Below, piece by piece: positions 54,684 through 64,000 of a DNA stretch of 64,000 bases (its first letter is position 1; each line of letters opens with the position of its first letter). Both the position numbers and the translations under genes were made by a program. The notes under the pieces were generated by a model. That model worked only from the letters and a program-made list of their open reading frames with translations. It was not told where the DNA came from and searched no databases. Source of the DNA: Octopus sinensis (lineage: Eukaryota); contig NC_043001.1 of NCBI RefSeq assembly GCF_006345805.1, positions 60,264,001 to 60,328,000 of the forward strand. Reading direction: 5' to 3'.

Positions 54684-54869
54684 GAATATCTTTAACAAAA
54701 GCATTATAGTAGCTTTAAAAAAAGATTCCCAATTTTATACTTCTAACAGGGAATCTTTCAGGGAAAACGTTTTTATAAATTATTATCAGTGGCATGAACA
54801 ATGTATGAACAATTATTTTAACATCACCATCACACCTGCTGAACCTGCTCAGGCTTTTACTGAAAATAC
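54684..54869 (+). CDS. Candidate internal coding exon (186 nt, phase 2-2), product unknown
   Basis: tttcttttcatcctactcaccAG acceptor; open frame NIFNKSIIVALKKDSQFY..NYFNITITPAEPAQAFTEN; GTAATG donor; in-frame stop right after the donor. Confidence 0.4.
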
Positions 54870-55899
54870 GTAATGGTCTGCGACTATAATATAAAAGCTT
54901 GCGCTGAGACCATTGCAATCAACTTTCATCGTGAGATTACTGTACATTTTAGTCGTACCATCTTCAACATTACTCTTATTGCTACTGCGGACAGTTTTGA
55001 ATGGAGATGAATTACGTTAATATAAGTTACTTTACACATCTCAAAAGGATCAACCACTTACACAGGTTTATCAAGAGACTAACACATTTTAAGGTTAGAA
55101 GTGAGCTGAAGCAATGTCGTGAATAAGAGCGCACCTTTAATACATCTGATGATAATAAGAACAAGGAATTTGATATACTTATTTCATTGTATTTATAATA
55201 CCTTCCGATAGTATATTTTAGTTGCAATCGCGGTAGCAACATCAAGTTACATATACTGAGGCATGTTAAGAGGTTAGGTAGCGTTTGCTAACATTCAACA
55301 CAACTATCAAATATTAGGGTTGGTAAGATTGCACGCAAATTAATTTAAAGACAAAGCTGTAGGTTTGTCGATCCCAGTAATATTGTACACTTTCCAAAGA
55401 AATGCAAATACTCCATGACTACTGATGCGCCGTGTATGTCTCATATTAAAGCCTTTATTACCTACATTTCATTTGGCGCAAGGCTAAGATTCAAAAATTG
55501 AATACTGAGCTTCATTGAAACATCGGTCACCACACACTGTGCTGAGGATGTGTTTACTTGAATCATTTATGGTCCTATTGTTTCTTCAGTATATGAATCC
55601 CTGCAGTTCCACAGACAGTATATATATTTCTATACGTTTCCAAAGAAGGACGTGGAGCTCTTTATGTCTACTATAAGTTGATGCTTCACCAGTAGAATCA
55701 CTTCAAAAAGAGAAGAGAAAATATTTTTAATAACAAGGATATTGATTTGACGTTATTAAATAATATTTGCCATTCATTCAACATAACTTTTATTTCCTAA
55801 CACTGTATCGCAGACATTTCTTCCTGGTGTACGCTGCATGTGGAATATCGATGAGACTAACGGAGAAACTTATGTAACTCGTTGCCGTGAGATGGAAAG

Positions 55900-56440
55900 C
55901 ACGAAGCTGACTTAGGTGACTGAATTGCTGTTGCTGAGTTTGTAATATGCCAGCTCCAGTACTTAAGAGGAGAGGTCAGTAAAATAAAATCTAAACATCT
56001 TGACTTCAATTCGGATTTTGTCCCTAACCTCATCTATGGTCGTGAATGTTGGATAATGACTGAAAGAGTACTATTGAGAAAATAGACGGTCGAAACAGCG
56101 TTTCTTCGAAGGATCTCGTGACTAACGTTATTTAACTAGGTTCCAGCATGGAGATCAGATTATCTGTCTCTTCAGGGCGATCTCTTACATTTGCTCATTT
56201 AAAGGTCACAGCATCAGTACTAAGAACATGTGATTAAAATGTCATAGGAAAAATTCGGAAGGTTTTGAAGCTGACACATCCGGTAGAATCTTATGGTTAA
56301 ATATTATCTATAGTCTCAGCTATGAATGTGTAATGCCCCCTTGCTTCTAAATCTCCCCCCTATAGAAGGGGTGCCTGGGGACTCTACTCCCACAGTCCCC
56401 CCGATGAATAGCGGGCACGGACGATAGATGGATGGGTGGC
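55900..56440 (+). mobile_element. RTE (Expander/Rex3-like) LINE 3' end
   Basis: FVPNLIYGRECWIMTERV..ETAFLRRI matches FVPTLxYGxExWxMTE..EMxFLRRI; ends gaatagcgg..gatagatggatgg. Confidence 0.8.
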
Positions 56441-56570
56441 TTTAGAATGACCCCATTTCTTATTCAAATACTTAAACAGATACATATTCGGTCACACCTG
56501 CATGCGCATAAACACGAATGCACACACAATAAGTCATACATACACACACTCACACACACACACACACACT

Positions 56571-56611
<41 letters not shown>

Positions 56612-58437
56612 ACACACACACCTACACACACACATACAAAGATGTGTATGTACATAGTTTCCCTTTTTTATATATATTCAATGCAATATGTACTGAAAAA
56701 TTTTGTGATTAGAAGCATAATTTCTCAGCATATTTATGTAAATTACTGGAGCATTGACAATAATGTTTTGATAAAAAATTTTCAAAAATAAATAAATTGC
56801 ATTTTACATTATTATGTGAATGTTTTATTTGCGTATTTCTATGAAATTGAACTTAAAACGTCTTTTGAATTGCTAAGATGCAACAATTTCCAGTGCATAA
56901 ATAATTTATGACAAAGTACAGATTGACATAAGCCTTTTTAATTAAGATATTAAAAAATATACTCAATATATGTAAGTATATGTTAATGTATGAATGGATC
57001 TAGGCTCTACGTAGTATACCTGTTATTTATTCGAACTTAGGTATCTGAAATCTTGATTTGGAACACTTCTGTGAAAATTAATCACATCAGAATGTTTCCT
57101 ATACCCTATATGTACCTGAACAACGCAAGTACTGCTGTTGCTATACTATATATGATATATAATACATATCGTTTTATCTATTGGTGACTGTAATTGGAAC
57201 AGGCTGACTAATTAAGAAATGAACTTGGATGCTTTCTAATAAATATCAGAACTGTACTTCGTCTGAATATATTCGAATATAACTAAACTAATGCTGGACT
57301 ATAAGAATTCAAATCATGTGCATGGAATCAGTCTTAACAAAAAATAATTTACTCTAAATCGAGATTAACATTGCCTGCAGTAAAACAATGCATAAAGAAT
57401 ATTTGAAATATCTTGTAGAATAAATCTAAATAATGTGTTGAAGGAGAAATAACGGGAAAAAATTGCTCAGAAAATGGAATATAATGGTTTTAGGAAAATG
57501 ATTTAAATATTAAGAACAATTCTACAATAACAAAAAACAATTTTATTGTCATACGGGCATACAAATAGAAAATTGAAAACAAGCAAGAATATAATAATTT
57601 ACACACGTGCATGTACACACACGCATACACAAACACACACGCACCCAAACACACAATTCAGAATATACTTAACACAAACGCGCGCGCAGACTCACACCCA
57701 CATACATTAATATGAATATAAATGAAATATTAAGAATTTATATAACAGGTAGGTATATGCGTGTGCCTATGTGCGTATGTGTTTGTCAAAATATTTATAT
57801 CAATTTACATACAAGCTATAACAGGGATTGAAACTGTTGTATTCCTAATCGAAAATGGCTGCAATTTAAAATAATTTGAAGTTTAAATTCATGTGTATAA
57901 TCTAATACAAAAAACGTAAACAATGTTTTACTTCTGTACTGTTGTAGGACGCGCCCAGGGTTGGTCGATACTCCCCCTTAGATATTTCGTGAAAGTATAC
58001 AAGTACTAAACATGCCAAATTGTTTAGGAACAATGTTTGATTAACTAAATCTCGAAGTGATGGATTATGATAGAAACGTTGATGTAGCGTCTGGACGCGG
58101 CATTGAAGAAAATGAAAATGCGTAAATACATCTCAGAGGGTAAAGACCATGGCATATAACGATGTTGAACGTCTTTCGGCTTGAACAATCTTCCATGTTA
58201 TTTTCAAAACTTGAGTAAAATCGTATGAATAATGTTCAAAGCTGATTTAAAAAATCAAGAAAAAATTAATTACGATTTCTGTTTAGACTTTATTATATGA
58301 GCGTGTGTGACGAAAACAAAGCTTAGATCCATTTCGACGGCTGTTGAGGTAGCAAACCACGAAACTTTGTTGGAATTCCTTACTTTAGAGTACTGCTATC
58401 CCGTTGAGATATTTACAAATAGAAATATTCCATTTTA

Positions 58438-58537
<100 letters not shown>

Positions 58538-58901
58538 TATATAAATAATATGATATAATATAATATAATGTAATATACATATATATGTAGGTGTTTTTCT
58601 CTTTTCTGTGTATATTTTTGCGTTTGTATACTTGCAAGAAAAAGTCTTGTGATATTTTAGCAACCAGTAAAACATACACTTTTCAGTTTCAAAACGGCTA
58701 CTTGAAGCTTGAAACTCATATCAGAATAACTCACAGTAAATATTATTGTTAAGGTTAAAATAAATTAATTATACCCTAAAAAAAAACCCATCTCTACTCA
58801 CTCTTTCAAATATATATATATATGTGTGAGTATTTATATATATATATATATATTGTCTGTATTCATATGCCTTTATGTAATAAGAGAGATATGTGTGTAT
58901 G

Positions 58902-59062
<161 letters not shown>

Positions 59063-59865
59063 TGCGTGTGTGTGTGTATGTGAATGCTTATCTAGGTATC
59101 CATATATTATTGTACATGTTAATTTATAAAATCCAACGTAAAATCACTTTACATTCTATTGCAGTACATGCCACTACTCATTTAGATATCGCTCGTTATA
59201 TCCTGACAATGAAATGCAAATTAGCTTTAGCATACAAAGTGGATGTACAGAAAAGGAAAACCCATATGGATTGCACGGAATATGACAGCTGAATAGGATT
59301 TTAAAAATTCATTCCACTATTTTAGATGAGATCATTGACAACCCATTAATAATACCTGTAGAATCATATGTTTGTGATATGGGTCTGTGTAAATGAATGT
59401 ATGTGTATAAGCGTATAATAATGTGTGTTTCGTTCAATGTAAATACATTTAAAATGACTTTATTGTTTTAAAGAGAGCTTCAGAATAACAACGGAGCATT
59501 TAATGATGAAGAAAAAGAATACTGAAACTTAAATTCATGTGAAGTTTGGTATTAACTACGATTTAAGTTTTACCTGAGCGCTTATTTAACCAGTTTGCAT
59601 ACACACACATACACACACACTTCTACATATATATATATAATATATATTTATACATGTGTGTATAAGTATGTGTGTATGTATACGTACACACACACACACA
59701 CACATATATAGATATATATATATATAGATATATATACAAATATGTATGTATATATACATACATATATATGTATATATGTATATATATATATACATGTATG
59801 TATATATATATGCATCTAAATATATTCATACATACATATATGTATATATGTACATATATACATAC

Positions 59866-59972
<107 letters not shown>

Positions 59973-60130
59973 TATGAGTGTGTGTATGTGCATTGTGTGT
60001 GGGCTTGCGAGTGGGTGTGTGTGCGATCACCCAGGTACATGCACCCACAAACGAAACAACGTTTAAGCTTGTGTGTGCGCATCCAGCGTATCAGTCTGAA
60101 TAGACACATCAATAGATAGATAGATAGACC

Positions 60131-60228
<98 letters not shown>

Positions 60229-60891
60229 CAGACAGATAGATAGACGGGAAAACATTTAGTGATATAGATATATTTTAACGATTTATAAAATTTTCTGAAG
60301 AGGAAAAATGATTTTACTACCCAATTTAACATTGTAGAATATGATATATGTATGGTACCTTCGAGTTGTTTCCATCGTAATGGTATACGATTATTTCCTT
60401 TATAATTTAATTCTTTATATATATTTTTCTCTCAAATGAGAAATAAAAGTTGATTTGCTTCCAAGATTGGCAATAAGTTATCGACATAATATCTACATAT
60501 ATGAAATACATTACGGTATTCATAGGGAAAGGATTCTAACATATTAGTATTAATATCAACATAAAAAGCTACATTACCACATTAATAAGAACATAAAACT
60601 AATGCGTCCCTCTGTATTATTTGAATGTTGAAAGATTTGTTGAATGTCTTATGATTTAGCTTCATTGAAATTTCTGACAATGGACTCTATAGAATATGTA
60701 ACATTATCTATAGCTTTCGATATGAAAGAAACCCAGTAAATTCCATTATAAGATTTCTGTTGAAAATTACTTACGCATACACACACATTCATTCGAGCAT
60801 ATGCTTATATTAATACACAGGTAAACAGGCATATACATGAATGCAGACATACACACACATATACATTTGTATACACACTCACATACACACA

Positions 60892-60961
<70 letters not shown>

Positions 60962-62678
60962 CATAAAACATATATATATATATATTTACATATACATTTT
61001 CATACATACATATATACATAGATATACACAATCACAACGTAAAAAATCAGTCACGCTACATAGATATACACATGAACGTTTGAGTGCTCCTACAGGTGTA
61101 TCTATGTGAGTGTGACTATGTTTGAGTGCCTGCAGGAGTCTAAGATTGAGCATGTGTGAATGCGATTGCTTGTTGGGCGTAAAATGCATTTTTCTCGACC
61201 TCTTTCAAATAAGAACTTATTTGTAGTCTATGCAAATTAAGATACCCATCTCTTGTGACATTAACGATGATGACGATTCGGAGGCAGAGGAGAGAAATAG
61301 AGTGACGATGACGATTAAGACGGTGACAAGCACAACAACGTTGATGGTGATGATAAATGTTGATGATGGTTACGCCATCAAGAATAAAGACAAATTGGGG
61401 ATTAGTAGAATAATAATTATTGTATTCATGTGAACGATTACAGGATCACGTATAGGAGGGACATCGCTTCTTTTTAGATCTTAATTATGATGGCTACACA
61501 TGTGCAAATCTATATCAAATTACTCTACACAGATCTATATTAATTATACTTTTATCTGCTTTAATTTATGGCCACTCTCTTACTAAAGTGAAGAGAGAGA
61601 TAGAGTAAAAATGAGAGAAGGGAAGAGAGAGTGTGTGTAAGTGTGTGTGTATCTGTGAGAGAGATATAGAAAGATAGAGAAAGAGAAACTAACAGACAGA
61701 AAGTAACTGAGAATGATGGAGATAATTCACTCTTGCTATGGTAGATTGCAATCTCAGCCAATAACTTTTAATAACTTGAATGAGGGTTGAACATCAACAT
61801 TGAGAGTCGTTAACTTGTTGCTTGTCAATAAATTTTCACTGGAAAGATAAAGCTCCTCCAATATGTGTTGCTAAAGTTCCCTCTAAATTGCATAAACAGG
61901 TTTCTTGTCAGTAATTATGTCAGAGTTTCTATGAATACTTTAAAAGAGAGTCCAAAATGAGCACTTTTATATCATTTGTTTAACTAGTAAATAAATAAAT
62001 CTTACTAAATTTCAGTGTAGAACTTGCCGAAAATATTTTAGATGTTGTAAGTGATGTTGATTGAAATCACATTAATTTCAGTTCAAGTTTATAAATTCAT
62101 TCTTAAACAAACAGACAAAAAGATTATATTGATTTCACATATATCTTTTTTTCTTTTGCTTTATAATTATTTTAATTCTCAGAGCAGCGTATAGCAACTA
62201 ATGGTAATATTGATAAACGATTGATATTATGAACATATATGCTTATATTGAACTGCCTCTTCAAAGTTAAGATTGTACGAAGTCTCGTCTTTATTATTCG
62301 CAGTGACTATTATACAAAGAGAATTAGCACTTTGGCGTAACGCGTATTCATTTCTTCATTTATTTTTCGTCGTGATTTTGTAGGTCTGATTTCCCAGAAA
62401 CATGGGCGACTAATCTATCATGTTGTTATTTTGAGTAGTTATCCCAATACTTGGGCAGTACACAATTAAGTCATGATGTGTACTTGTTGTTTGTGGGAAG
62501 TGTTTCCACCTGCGCTATGACGATAGTATATAGTATATGTTAACTAATATGAAAAAAATTATTGAGACATCAGGTGCACAGATTCTACTACAAGACATCA
62601 TGGAATGTGAAGGCAGTGAAAATTACACAACGTTGCATTTACTGATCTACTTATCTATATTTAAGAGAAGAAATTACC

Positions 62679-63040
<362 letters not shown>

Positions 63041-63146
63041 TTGATGAAGGGTGGAGGGTATGTCAGCCGAAACATTATGTTAATAACAAACAAGATGAGT
63101 TCAAATATATCCGTCAAATGTAAATATTGTAAATAATGTAAATAAT
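63041..63146 (+). mobile_element. Oppositely oriented 3' tail of the same SINE, starting at the HHR core box
   Basis: ttgatgaagggtggagggtatgtcagccgaaacattatgtt..ccgtcaaatgtaaat..aaataatgtaaataat. Confidence 0.85.
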
Positions 63147-64000
63147 ATACTGATCTACTTTATCAAGAAATGAAACAAAAGTAGAAAAAATACCTGTTTG
63201 ATTTCTCTTTTTTACTCTTTTTCTCTCTTCCTCTCACCCCCTATCTCTTTTTCGTGATCCCCCTCCAGCTGTCTCTCTCGCTCCCTCTCTCGCTGCATCT
63301 CTCTCTCCCCTCTCCCCTCTCTCTCTCCCCTCCCTCTCTCTCCCTCTTTGGGCTAATGTTATGCGTACCATGGCTTCAAAAATATATATTAAGATTGTTT
63401 CCATTAACTCTGCTGGTGTTAGAAATGAGGATATCAAGGCATTACATGTTAGTGTACGAAAATTTGCTATCATGAAAATAGGACAAGGATACACATTAGC
63501 CTCCTTGTATATATTACGTTATATCATACTAATGAACTGAAATATGAACATTATTTTAACGTTGTGTACTAAACATAAAATGAAAATCACCGTTGGAAAC
63601 GGCAATTTGGTTAAATTTAACAATGAAGGCGTTTTTCATTTGAAATTCAACTTGTGAGGATATATATATATATACGCAAGGGAAAATCGGGACGTAGATG
63701 CAACAATTATAATTGCCTATAGCTGAATAATTTGGGAAGCGAAAATTTTTTTCTTCGAGTATTCGCGAGAGGATAATTGCATAAGCTTATATAGTATAGC
63801 GAGAAAATATACTTGACGTTTTTAACTGCGGTTTCTATTCAAATCAATCGTTTGCTTGTAGGGGTCTAGTAGCTGTTGGTTAATTGAATTAAAACAAAAA
63901 GAAAATAAACCTAGGTGAAAGGTATCGATCATTATATTAGCTGCTAGAGATGATACGTAAAGAACTGAAAAGTATTTGCTAGTACCTGTCTTTTTTTGTT

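Noticed and set aside
57940-58260. Possible old transposase fragment (similarly 28200-28420, 29840-29990, 34765-35080)
   Set aside because: Too degenerate to support from translation by eye.

Overview
AT-rich, microsatellite-saturated eukaryotic DNA. The repeat families look like an octopus/coleoid cephalopod genome (inference; no database search was possible). No complete host gene is recognisable and most listed ORFs are translated microsatellites. Recognisable content is decayed mobile DNA: R4/Dong-type REL LINE pieces in (TAA)n, an RTE/Expander 3' end, at least five Penelope-like (PLE) fragments, four Tc1/mariner lineages (mariner, Tc1-like, DD37D, DD41D) and several tRNA-derived SINEs. 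The main signal outside the ORF track is a set of minimal type-I hammerhead ribozymes (HHRs), read by hand. Six have intact cores (12748, 22322, 22872, 23421, 25320, 35617) and several are decayed. They sit in non-coding elements with PLE-style terminal inversions, mostly abutting (TA)n. These include a 3.2-copy ~550-bp tandem array with one HHR per unit (retrozyme-like) and a tRNA-headed SINE carrying an HHR. A few candidate host exons are low confidence. Coordinates were counted by eye and may be off by a few bases.
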